This document shows positions 54,988 to 63,503 of a stretch of DNA of 64,000 bases, piece by piece (position 1 is the first letter of the stretch; each line of letters opens with the position of its first letter). Where the stretch lies: positions 23,323-87,322 of the forward strand of contig CAKUXO010000002.1 of the NCBI GenBank assembly GCA_934700385.1. The letters run 5' to 3'. Below the pieces are notes generated by a model that worked only from the letters and a program-made list of their open reading frames with translations, made no database searches and had not been told where the DNA came from. The DNA comes from an uncultured Candidatus Melainabacteria bacterium. GTDB lineage: Bacteria > Cyanobacteriota > Vampirovibrionia > Gastranaerophilales > Gastranaerophilaceae. A program made the translations under genes and the position numbers.

Positions 54988-55455
54988 ATGGAAAACAAAG
55001 ATGAAAAATATTTAATTTTAGAACAATATAGAATTTATTCTGAGGCTAAAGAAAAATTTATTGAAAGACAATTTTCTTCAAATAGGTTTTATCTTGTCTT
55101 AAATATTATTATTTTAGTTGCAACTTATGTTTTAGGAACCTTAACTCCTCAATATCCACCTGTTATTATTTTAAGTATAATCGGTGTTTCAGCTACTTTA
55201 ATGTGGTGGATGAACATAGACTCATATCAACTTTTGATTAAAATTAAATATGCAAAAGTACTTGAATATCTTGAAACAAAACTACCAGAACAACCATATA
55301 ACAAAGAATTTGTTGAGTATGTTCAAATGAAAAAGAAAAATAACTTAATTGTTTTTGGCGATTTTCAAAAAATTCTTACTTTAATAATTGGTTGTGTTTA
55401 TTTAGTTGTAATTGCTTACAATTTAACAAATATGGTAAGATATCAATTTATATAA
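54988..55455 (+). CDS. Hypothetical small membrane protein (3 predicted TM segments)
   Basis: The N-terminal amphipathic segment LILEQYRIYSEAKEKFIERQFSSNRFYLVLN runs into TM1. AAAGGAG RBS. Family not recognised with confidence. Confidence 0.5.
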   Translation: MENKDEKYLILEQYRIYSEAKEKFIERQFSSNRFYLVLNIIILVATYVLGTLTPQYPPVIILSIIGVSATLMWWMNIDSYQLLIKIKYAKVLEYLETKLPEQPYNKEFVEYVQMKKKNNLIVFGDFQKILTLIIGCVYLVVIAYNLTNMVRYQFI

Positions 55456-55476
55456 ATTAAATCTAATAAATCACTG

Positions 55477-55500
55477 ACTCCCTTTTAAGGGAGTTTTTTT
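55477..55500 (+). terminator. Intrinsic terminator after the 54988 gene
   Basis: ACTCCC-TTTTAA-GGGAGT followed by TTTTTTT. Confidence 0.65.
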
Positions 55501-55501
55501 G

Positions 55502-55519
55502 TGGTAAAATTTCTTTATG
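55502..55519 (+). promoter_or_regulatory. Extended -10 box TGgTAAAAT, 6 nt, then the bioF ATG (candidate leaderless promoter)
   Basis: T55502 G55503 g TAAAAT 55505-10, spacer ttcttt, ATG 55517. No Shine-Dalgarno. Sits immediately after the terminator T-run. Confidence 0.45.
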
Positions 55520-56689
55520 GAAAACTATGTTAATAAATTAAATGAATTAAAAGAAAACTCATCTTTTAGAACAATTAAAAATATTATCGAAAGAAAAGAT
55601 AAATTTATTAAAGTTGATGACGCTTTAATGTTAAATTTATCTTCAAATGATTATTTAAACATTAGCACTAATAAAGATTTAATTTCTGAATTTATTGACA
55701 AAAATCGTTTCGCTTCTGAATTTTTATTTTCTTCTGCTTCAGCAAGGCTCTTAACAGGTAATTCAAAAGCATATTTTGAATTAGAAAATAATATTAAAAA
55801 ACTTTATAATAAAGAAGCGGCACTTTTATTTAACACAGGTTATCAATGCAACCAAGGGGTTGTTTCAACCTTATTTTCTTCAAAAGATTGCATTTTTTGC
55901 GATAAATTAATCCACGCAAGCGTTGTTTCAGGCCTAAAACTTTCACCTGCTCAACATTTTCGCTATCCACATAATAACTATGAAATGTTAGAAAAAATGT
56001 TGATTAAAAATAGAAATCAGTTTGATAAAGCAATAATTATAACAGAATCTGTTTTTTCAATGGATGGTGATTGTGCGGATTTAGAAAAATTAATCGAATT
56101 AAAAAAGAAATATAATTGCCTTCTAATGGTTGATGAAGCCCATGCTTTTGGCGTTTTTGGTGAAAATGCCCAAGGTTTAAGCGCTAAAAATAATCTTTTT
56201 AATGATATAGATATAATCACAATCACCCTAGGAAAAGCCCTTGGCTCAATGGGTGCGGTTTGTATTTCAAATAAAACTATAATCGATTATTTAATCAACA
56301 AAGCCTCTAGTTTTATTTTTTCAACCGTAATCCCCCCTGTAAATGTTTTATGGAGTAATTTTTTATTAACTGAAAAATTTGATTTTATATTAAAACAAAA
56401 AGAAAAACTAAATGACTTATTTTCTTTTGCTCATAAAATCTATCCTTCAATTAGCTCATCTCAAATTATTCCTGTTGTTTTAAAAGACTCTAAAAAAACT
56501 TTTATGGTTGCAGATTTTCTTCAAAAACAAGGCTATTATGTTCTTCCAATTAATCCGCCAACTGTTCCTAATGGGCAATCAAGGCTTAGAGTTTCTTTAA
56601 CAAGCGATATAGAAAAAGCTGAAATTCAAAGATTTTTTGAATTAGTGAAAAAAGAAAGTGAAAAAATAGATGAAAAGTCTTTGGCTTAA
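55517..56689 (+). CDS. bioF: 8-amino-7-oxononanoate synthase
   Basis: Alpha-oxoamine synthase pattern: NLSSNDYL, SMDGD, MVDEAHAFGVFG, TLGKALGSMG (PLP Lys). Confidence 0.9.
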   Translation: MENYVNKLNELKENSSFRTIKNIIERKDKFIKVDDALMLNLSSNDYLNISTNKDLISEFIDKNRFASEFLFSSASARLLTGNSKAYFELENNIKKLYNKEAALLFNTGYQCNQGVVSTLFSSKDCIFCDKLIHASVVSGLKLSPAQHFRYPHNNYEMLEKMLIKNRNQFDKAIIITESVFSMDGDCADLEKLIELKKKYNCLLMVDEAHAFGVFGENAQGLSAKNNLFNDIDIITITLGKALGSMGAVCISNKTIIDYLINKASSFIFSTVIPPVNVLWSNFLLTEKFDFILKQKEKLNDLFSFAHKIYPSISSSQIIPVVLKDSKKTFMVADFLQKQGYYVLPINPPTVPNGQSRLRVSLTSDIEKAEIQRFFELVKKESEKIDEKSLA

Positions 56690-57323
56690 TAAAAAAAATG
56701 AAAATAATAAATTAATTCTTTTTATGAATGGTTGGGCGATGAATGAAACTGCTGTGTCTAATCTTCAATTTAAGGATTATGATGTTTTAATGGTTAATGA
56801 TTATTCATCAATTGAGCCTGATTTTTTTTCTAATTTATTGAATGATGAAGCCCTTAAAAAATATTCTCAAAAATATCTTGTTTGTTGGTCTATGGGGGTT
56901 TATGCCGCTAATTTATATTGCGATTTTCTTTCAAAATTTGATAAAAAAATAGCAATTAACGGCACAACAAAAATAATTGATGATGAATTTGGAATTCCAA
57001 AAAGAATTTATAAAGTAACAGTTAAATTTTTAAATGAAGATAGCTGCGATAAATTCATTAAAAATATGTTTGATAACGGGAAAATTAACCCTAATATTAA
57101 AATAACAAAGAGCTTAGATGAACTTAAAAATGAATTAATTTCAATTCAAAATTTCAAAATCGAAAAAGAACTTGCTTTTGATAAAGCCATAATTTCACTT
57201 GAAGATAGAATAATTCCTTCTAAAAATCAAATTGCTTTTTGGGAAAATAAAACCGAAATTCAAACAATTAATTCAACCCATTGTCCTTTTGAATGTTTTA
57301 AATCTTGGGATGAATTGTTATGA
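56670..57323 (+). CDS. bioG: Pimeloyl-ACP methyl ester esterase, BioG type (DUF452)
   Basis: KLILFMNGWAMNE...YDVLMVNDY...YLVCWSMGVYAAN matches the DUF452 pattern (GW.md, DY, AWSmGV). Lies between bioF and bioC. Confidence 0.65.
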   Translation: MKSLWLNKKNENNKLILFMNGWAMNETAVSNLQFKDYDVLMVNDYSSIEPDFFSNLLNDEALKKYSQKYLVCWSMGVYAANLYCDFLSKFDKKIAINGTTKIIDDEFGIPKRIYKVTVKFLNEDSCDKFIKNMFDNGKINPNIKITKSLDELKNELISIQNFKIEKELAFDKAIISLEDRIIPSKNQIAFWENKTEIQTINSTHCPFECFKSWDELL

Positions 57324-58030
57324 ATGATAAAACTTTAATTAAAAAAAGATTTCAAAAAAGCATTAATTCATATTCAAATAACGCCCTAATTCAAAAGAAA
57401 ATGGCGGAAAAATTGCTATCTTTAATTAATAAAAATAATTTTAAAAATATTTTTGAAATAGGTTCATATTCAGGTGTTTTAACTAAAAATGCAATTGAAA
57501 AATTTGATTTTGAAAGCTATTTAGCCCTTGATATTATAAATAGCTTTGATTATATAAAAAATCTAAGCCCAAAAATTTCATTTATTCAAGATGACATTGA
57601 AAATTTCAAAACTAATCAAAAATTTGATTTAATTTTATCAAACGCAAGTTTACAATGGTGTAATGATTTTTCTTCTGTGATTAAAAAAATAAAATCTTTT
57701 TTAAATGAAAATGGGATTTTATTAATTTCAATTTTTCAAGAAGATAATTTTTTTGAAATCAAAAAAAGTTTTAATATGGGGTTAAAATATCCAAAAGAAG
57801 ATGAAATTTTAAATTTATTTTCTAAAAATGTGAAATTTTTTAAAGAAGAATATTCCATTCAATTTGAAAATTCTTTTGAATTGATAAGACATCTTAAAAA
57901 TACCGGTGTAAATGCCCTAAATAAAAATCAAATTTCTATTTCAGAATTTAAAAAAGGGCTTAAAATTTTAAATGATGTTTATCAAAATAAAATAACCTAT
58001 AAGCCCTTATATATTCTTGATTTTAAATAG
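57320..58030 (+). CDS. bioC: Malonyl-ACP O-methyltransferase
   Basis: F.K....Y...A..Q pattern (RFQKSINSYSNNALIQKKMAEKL), SAM motif I IFEIGSYSGVLT, and SNASLQWC. Confidence 0.8.
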   Translation: MNDKTLIKKRFQKSINSYSNNALIQKKMAEKLLSLINKNNFKNIFEIGSYSGVLTKNAIEKFDFESYLALDIINSFDYIKNLSPKISFIQDDIENFKTNQKFDLILSNASLQWCNDFSSVIKKIKSFLNENGILLISIFQEDNFFEIKKSFNMGLKYPKEDEILNLFSKNVKFFKEEYSIQFENSFELIRHLKNTGVNALNKNQISISEFKKGLKILNDVYQNKITYKPLYILDFK

Positions 58031-58685
58031 AAATATCTTCAAATAATTCAATTATTTCTTCTTTTTTAGGATTTTTTAAATTTGGAATTGTAGCTAGAAT
58101 TTTAACATCGCTAAAATCTTTTAATTCTTCAAGAAAATGCTCTTGAGAAGTTGTTTTATTGTCTGTTTTGTTAATAATTAATCCTTTAACTTTAATGTTA
58201 TTATTTTTAGCACATTCTAGCGTCATAAGGGTATGATTTAATCTGCCTAAATCTGGTGTGGTTACAATAATTGTTTCAATATCAAGGTAGCTGATTAAAT
58301 CTTTATAAAGCATATTTTTTACAAGTGGGCAATATAATCCGCCTGCACCCTCAACAATAACAACATCTTTATCTTTTGAAAAATCTTCTAAATCTTTTTT
58401 GATGTTTTTAATATCTGGACTAACTTTGCTTAATTTTGCCGCTAAATAAGGTGAAACCTCGCCTTTTAGAAGATATGTTGTTTTTGCTTCAATATTATTA
58501 GAATATTTTTTTAATTCTTCGATATCCGGCGCTAAAATTTTATTATTTTCTTCATAAGCACCAGATTGAAAAGGCTTATAATATCCAACCTTTTTATTTT
58601 GTTTTTCTAAAGCAAGCGCTAAACCAATGCTAATGAATGTTTTACCGATATCGGTATCTACCCCTGTGATAAAAATTTGTTTCAT
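58023..58685 (-). CDS. bioD: Dethiobiotin synthase
   Basis: IFITGVDTDIGKT P-loop and VIVEGAGGL. Confidence 0.9.
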   Translation of the reverse strand: MKQIFITGVDTDIGKTFISIGLALALEKQNKKVGYYKPFQSGAYEENNKILAPDIEELKKYSNNIEAKTTYLLKGEVSPYLAAKLSKVSPDIKNIKKDLEDFSKDKDVVIVEGAGGLYCPLVKNMLYKDLISYLDIETIIVTTPDLGRLNHTLMTLECAKNNNIKVKGLIINKTDNKTTSQEHFLEELKDFSDVKILATIPNLKNPKKEEIIELFEDISI

Positions 58686-58743
58686 TTTATTGCCTTTATT
58701 ATTTTTATAGTAAAATTATATAACAACAAAAAAGGAAAGTTAA

Positions 58744-59667
58744 ATGAAAAAATATACAAAAGACGAACTTTTAAAGTTATATAACCTACCACTTGATGAA
58801 CTTTTAAATGAAGCAAAAAAATATACTTTTGAAGAATTTGAATTTTGCTCATTAATTTCAGCAAGAACAGGTAAATGTTCTCAAGATTGTAAATATTGCG
58901 CTCAATCAACAAGATATAATACAAACATTGAAACAAATCCATTAGTTTCTGTTGAAGAAGTTAAAAAAGCTGCCCTTGAATCAAAAGAAAATGGCGCTGT
59001 TAACTTTGCAATTGTAACTTCGGGTAAAACTCCTGATGAAGCTAAAGATTTTCATATTTTATTAGAAATGATTAAAGCAATTAATGAACTAGGGATTAAT
59101 TCATGTGCTAGTATCGGTATTTTAAATGATGAACAAGCGCTTGAACTTAAAAAAGCGGGCTTAGTTCGTTTTCATCATAACATTAACACTTGTGAAAGCT
59201 ATCATAACTCTATCTGCTCAACTCACACATATCAAGATAGAATTAACACGGTTAACGCAGTTAAAAAAGCTGGTTTAGAACTATGTTGCGGTGTTATTTT
59301 AGGAATGGGTGAAACAGTTGAACAAAGAATTGAAATGGCGCTAGAATTAGCCGAAATTAACCCAAATAGCATTCCTGTAAACATTTTAACTCCAATCAAA
59401 GGAACACCTTTTGAAAATTATGCCGATAAAATTGATGAAGAAAATATAATTAGAACAATTGCCGTTTTTAAAATTGCTAATCCAAACGCTTCAATTAGAT
59501 TAGCCGGTGGTAAAAAGGCAAGATTAAGTGAAAAAACACTTGATATTTTAATGAAAAATTGCGTTGATAGCGCTATTGTTGGAAATTATTTAACAACAAC
59601 CGGTTTTAGTGTTGAAGAAGATAAATTAAAAGTTAAAAAAGCTAATAAAAAATTAAAAACCCGTTAA
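58744..59667 (+). CDS. bioB: Biotin synthase
   Basis: Radical SAM cluster CSQDCKYCAQ, plus NFAIVTSG and ...RFHHNINT... AAGGAAAG RBS. Confidence 0.95.
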   Translation: MKKYTKDELLKLYNLPLDELLNEAKKYTFEEFEFCSLISARTGKCSQDCKYCAQSTRYNTNIETNPLVSVEEVKKAALESKENGAVNFAIVTSGKTPDEAKDFHILLEMIKAINELGINSCASIGILNDEQALELKKAGLVRFHHNINTCESYHNSICSTHTYQDRINTVNAVKKAGLELCCGVILGMGETVEQRIEMALELAEINPNSIPVNILTPIKGTPFENYADKIDEENIIRTIAVFKIANPNASIRLAGGKKARLSEKTLDILMKNCVDSAIVGNYLTTTGFSVEEDKLKVKKANKKLKTR

Positions 59668-59681
59668 ATTAACGGGTTTTT
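59655..59681. terminator. Bidirectional intrinsic terminator (bioB / 861-aa gene)
   Basis: AAAAACCCGTT-AAATT-AACGGGTTTTT. The bioB stop codon lies at the base of the loop. Confidence 0.7.
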
Positions 59682-59696
59682 AATTGATTGAATTAA

Positions 59697-62282
59697 TTAA
59701 TTATTTTCGTCTGAAAACTCTCTTTCTTTTAAAATATTAACGATATCTTGGGCGGTTTTTGCTTCGCCTGATTTTAACATATCCATTATTTCATCGCTTG
59801 AAACTTCAAAACCGTTTTGCGCACAAAGCATAATTGCTTTCCAGCTTTCTTTTGAAATTTTTTGTTGACTTTGAAGATCGTTATCTTTTTGCATTTGTTC
59901 TTTACATTTATCAACGATATCTTTAGCACTCAAACTTCCATCAAGAACATAATAGCCTTTTGCTTGTTCCATATCAACAACAATGCCTTCTTGAGAGCTT
60001 ATGCTTATGATTTCACTTTGAATACTACTCCAAGCTGTGCCTTGAGTTTCAGCGGCAGCTTTGTTTGCAGCTTTTCTTATTTCAGATTTTTCATTTTCTT
60101 CAATTCTATCCATAGCTTTTTCGTATGTGCCTCTTGTTGTTTCAGTTGTTTGAGCAACGCCTTTAACAACATTTAAGTTTGAAGTAAATGCGCCCATATT
60201 GATGCCGCCATATTTAGAATTTGTGTTGTAGTTTTCTTTTAATTTGTTTTCAACTTCTTCTTCTGTTGAACCAAGACTGAATGACTTACCTTGTGCGTCT
60301 TGATAAATTGTGTTCATATATTCAGAAGTATCATCTTTTCTTGTTGCGCTATATTCTTGACCATCAATTTTAAAGCTAAAGCTATCGTTGAATAATTCTG
60401 AATTATTGATGTCGGTTTTGCCGCTATCTTGGTTAACTTTATCTTCTAAACCGTTCAAGTTTATTTCTTCAATACCCATTGAAGCTGCGCTTGACATAGT
60501 GTAACCTATGTTATTTGTGTTGTAGTTTGAAGTAAATTCAGTGTTATCTTGAATTGATGTACCCATTAATTTCAAGTTTTCTAATTCATCTTTAGATAAT
60601 ACACCGTCGTTATTAGCGTCTAATGATTTTAAATCATCAAGCCAAGTTTTAGAGCTATCTGCGCCAACAAATTCTGATGTACCATCAAATTTTGAATTGT
60701 TATCTCTATCAATTACAAAAGTATATTCAATTCCATCTTTTTTAAATGATAATGGGTCTGTTCTGTTGATAACAACATTATCTGTTGTGTTTTCATTAGA
60801 GCCAGTGTTGCTACCATTACTACCGTTATTTATACCGTTATCGGTGTTTGAATTGTTACCTTTTTCATTTCCGCCAACGCCAAAATCATTTTTAATGGTG
60901 TTATTGATTTTTTCATATAAATCAGATGTTTTTTTATCACCAGCAGGTGAAATTGTGAAATTTTTGCCGCCTTCTTGGTCTTTATAATCATAGTTTATGC
61001 CGCTATCTTTAAATAAACCTTTATCTTTATCAAATAAAACATACATTACTTCTTTAAAGGTGAATTTTGGTTCTTCTTTTGTTAATTTATTATAAACAGC
61101 GTCAAAGTTATCAGCCAATGAAGCAATTTGTTTGTTTGAAGAAATTGTGTTACCTTTTTCTTTATCCCAAGTATTTAATTCGCCTTGGAATTTGCCTTTT
61201 TGACTTGAATTAATAAAGTTTGTAATTTTTCCATAGATATCTCTGGTATCTGATGTCATACCATTTGGAATTGAAAAACTTCCGCCTGAAGAATATTGAA
61301 TATCAGCATTAGAATAATTTGTGCCGAAAAATTCAGCCAATTCATTTTGTGATAAGCCTAAGTTGCCTAAGTCTTCAAGTAAACCGCTATCAACGTGAGA
61401 TTTTAATTGAGAGAAGTTTTCATTTCCTGTAATGCCATATTTTTCAACTACTTGGCTTAAGCCATTAGTGCCTTGACCTTGTGTTGAACCTTCAATATAA
61501 TTTGTGTTTGGTCCAGAAGCAACGTTATAGCTTGGGTTTTCAAAAATATCAGCAACAATATCTGTTTTTTCAAAAGAGAAAACAGGGATTTTAGAATCTA
61601 AGTCGTTGTTTGAATAGCTTGAATTAGTGTTGCCAATTTTTGATAAATTAGAACTTAATAAATCATAAGTTGTTTTTGTTGTTGCATATTGGCTATCTAA
61701 TAAGTTTTTTTGTTCAAGTAACTTAGCAGCGCCATCAGATAAACTTGAAAGTTCACTTTGTTTTGAATTCATTTTAGAAAGAATTTTTTCAATTTCAGCT
61801 TTGCCTGAAAGTTTTTGAACGTTGTTTCTTACCCTTTTTTGAATTTCGCCTGAAATTGCGTCTTTTCCGATGTTACCTTTTTTGTATAGATAAAAAACGT
61901 CATCAATTGCATTTGAAACAACTTTCTTTTGGTCTTCTTCTAATTTTGTTGATTTACTTTCAACAGAAAAAACCATTTCTTCAATTGCTTTTGCTTGTTT
62001 TTCAAGTTCTTCACTGTTAGATTGTAGATTTTCAGCTAAAACTGCCATTTTAGCTTCAATTCTTTCAATTTTTTCATTAATGCTTTCAGCTTTTGATTCA
62101 AGTGAGCTTTTTTCACTTGCAGATAAATCATTATCAGCTACAACGGCAAAAATCTTTTTTAATTCATTTTTTTGATTTGCTTTTGTTGTGCTGTACATGC
62201 CTTCAAGCCAGCTATCATTCATAACTGTGTTTTGTAATGATTTTAAAAATTTGCTGTTTGAAGATGAAATGTCGTTGCTCAT
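59697..62282 (-). CDS. Large hypothetical protein: N-terminal coiled coil, Asn/Gly/Ser/Thr-rich linker, EF-hand/RTX-like Ca-binding module, helical C-terminus. No signal peptide.
   Basis: 861 aa. The canonical EF-hand loop DANNDGVLSKDE (nt 60573-60620) sits within FVIDRDNNSKFDGTSEFVGADS...LKSLDANNDGVLSKDELENLKLM...MGIEEINLNG. No family recognised for the rest. Confidence 0.6.
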   Translation of the reverse strand: MSNDISSSNSKFLKSLQNTVMNDSWLEGMYSTTKANQKNELKKIFAVVADNDLSASEKSSLESKAESINEKIERIEAKMAVLAENLQSNSEELEKQAKAIEEMVFSVESKSTKLEEDQKKVVSNAIDDVFYLYKKGNIGKDAISGEIQKRVRNNVQKLSGKAEIEKILSKMNSKQSELSSLSDGAAKLLEQKNLLDSQYATTKTTYDLLSSNLSKIGNTNSSYSNNDLDSKIPVFSFEKTDIVADIFENPSYNVASGPNTNYIEGSTQGQGTNGLSQVVEKYGITGNENFSQLKSHVDSGLLEDLGNLGLSQNELAEFFGTNYSNADIQYSSGGSFSIPNGMTSDTRDIYGKITNFINSSQKGKFQGELNTWDKEKGNTISSNKQIASLADNFDAVYNKLTKEEPKFTFKEVMYVLFDKDKGLFKDSGINYDYKDQEGGKNFTISPAGDKKTSDLYEKINNTIKNDFGVGGNEKGNNSNTDNGINNGSNGSNTGSNENTTDNVVINRTDPLSFKKDGIEYTFVIDRDNNSKFDGTSEFVGADSSKTWLDDLKSLDANNDGVLSKDELENLKLMGTSIQDNTEFTSNYNTNNIGYTMSSAASMGIEEINLNGLEDKVNQDSGKTDINNSELFNDSFSFKIDGQEYSATRKDDTSEYMNTIYQDAQGKSFSLGSTEEEVENKLKENYNTNSKYGGINMGAFTSNLNVVKGVAQTTETTRGTYEKAMDRIEENEKSEIRKAANKAAAETQGTAWSSIQSEIISISSQEGIVVDMEQAKGYYVLDGSLSAKDIVDKCKEQMQKDNDLQSQQKISKESWKAIMLCAQNGFEVSSDEIMDMLKSGEAKTAQDIVNILKEREFSDENN

Positions 62283-62386
62283 ATTCCTTACAAACCCTTT
62301 CTTGCATAATAATAGTTGTTATTATTGTTATCGGATTTTTATTTTTAAACTTTATGATTTTTACTTAAACTTTTACAATTGTTTAC

Positions 62387-62420
62387 AAAAAAAATGGAAG
62401 ACTTAAAATCTTCCATTTTT
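62387..62420 (-). terminator. Intrinsic terminator of the WecA-like gene
   Basis: Minus strand: AAAAATGGAAGA-TTTTAAG-TCTTCCATTTTTTTT. Confidence 0.7.
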
Positions 62421-62444
62421 ATTATTCTATTTTTAATTAATTTC

Positions 62445-63494
62445 TTAATTATCTTTCTTTTTAATTAACTTCGAAACCACGTTCAAAATAATTAAAACCC
62501 CAATTAAACTTAAGGCGATAATTATAAATTTACTTTTTGTACTTACATAAATAATTGATAATAAAGCGCAAACCATTGCAAAACCTGCTAAAAGAAGAAC
62601 AAGTTTATCTTGCGAATAACCGGCATGTAATAATTTATGATGAATATGCTCTGCATCTGCCACAAATGGGCTTGAACCTTTTAAAATTCTTCTTGTAGAA
62701 GAAAAAGCAACATCCATTAATGGAATTGCTAAAATTAAAATAGGTAAATACATACTCATGCCTGTGCTTGGTTTAACAATTCCTGTAATCGACAGGGTTG
62801 CAAGAAGAAAACCCGCATAAAGAGCGCCTGAATCTCCCATAAAGATTTTAGCTGGGTTATAGTTAAAGGTTAAAAATGCGCACATCGCACCTGTTAAAAT
62901 GAAAGCAATTAGAGCGTTTATTTGGCAAGTAGGCTCTAAAACTAATGAAACTATACCAATTGAAAGAGCGGCTATACTTACAATTGAGCCCGCTAAGCCA
63001 TCAATACCATCAATAAAATTAACTGCATTTGTAATTCCAACAATCCATAAAAGCGTTATAGGATAAGTCATTAAGCCTAAATCAATTGTTGAATTTAGCC
63101 AAGGAATATACAATTCTTCAATTCTAATCCCTAAAAGAATGACTATTGTTGTAATTGCAATTTGAATGAAAAGTTTAAATTTTGCGCCAAGGCAATAAAC
63201 ATCATCCACTAACCCCATTAAAAACATTAAAGAGCCACCTACGATTATGGCTGAAAGCCCTTGTCCTTTTGGGTAATAGCTTAATAAAACCAAAAACAAA
63301 AAGGTTAACATAACAGAAACCCAAATAGCAATTCCGCCAAGCCTTGAAATTGCGCCATGGTGAATTTTTCTTGCGTTTGGTTTATCAATTAAATTATTTT
63401 TCTTAGAATAATAGATTACCAAAGGGACTATAAAAATCCCCAAAAGATAAGCTATAATTGTACCTAATACGTGTGCTTGAGATAATTTTATCAT
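62445..63494 (-). CDS. MraY/WecA-family polyprenyl-phosphate N-acetylhexosamine-1-phosphate transferase
   Basis: PNARKIHHGAISRLGGIAIW, MGLVDDVY, NAVNFIDGIDGLAG, and about 10 TM segments. Confidence 0.85.
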   Translation of the reverse strand: MIKLSQAHVLGTIIAYLLGIFIVPLVIYYSKKNNLIDKPNARKIHHGAISRLGGIAIWVSVMLTFLFLVLLSYYPKGQGLSAIIVGGSLMFLMGLVDDVYCLGAKFKLFIQIAITTIVILLGIRIEELYIPWLNSTIDLGLMTYPITLLWIVGITNAVNFIDGIDGLAGSIVSIAALSIGIVSLVLEPTCQINALIAFILTGAMCAFLTFNYNPAKIFMGDSGALYAGFLLATLSITGIVKPSTGMSMYLPILILAIPLMDVAFSSTRRILKGSSPFVADAEHIHHKLLHAGYSQDKLVLLLAGFAMVCALLSIIYVSTKSKFIIIALSLIGVLIILNVVSKLIKKKDN

Positions 63495-63503
63495 ATCTTT
63501 TCC

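Noticed and set aside
62160-62282. WXG100/LXG-type (type VII secretion) N-terminus for the 861-aa protein, based on DSWLEGMY
   Set aside because: The motif is W-x-x-G, not W-x-G. It sits ~25 aa from the N-terminus rather than in a helix-turn-helix hairpin of the expected length. No T7SS genes are in the window.
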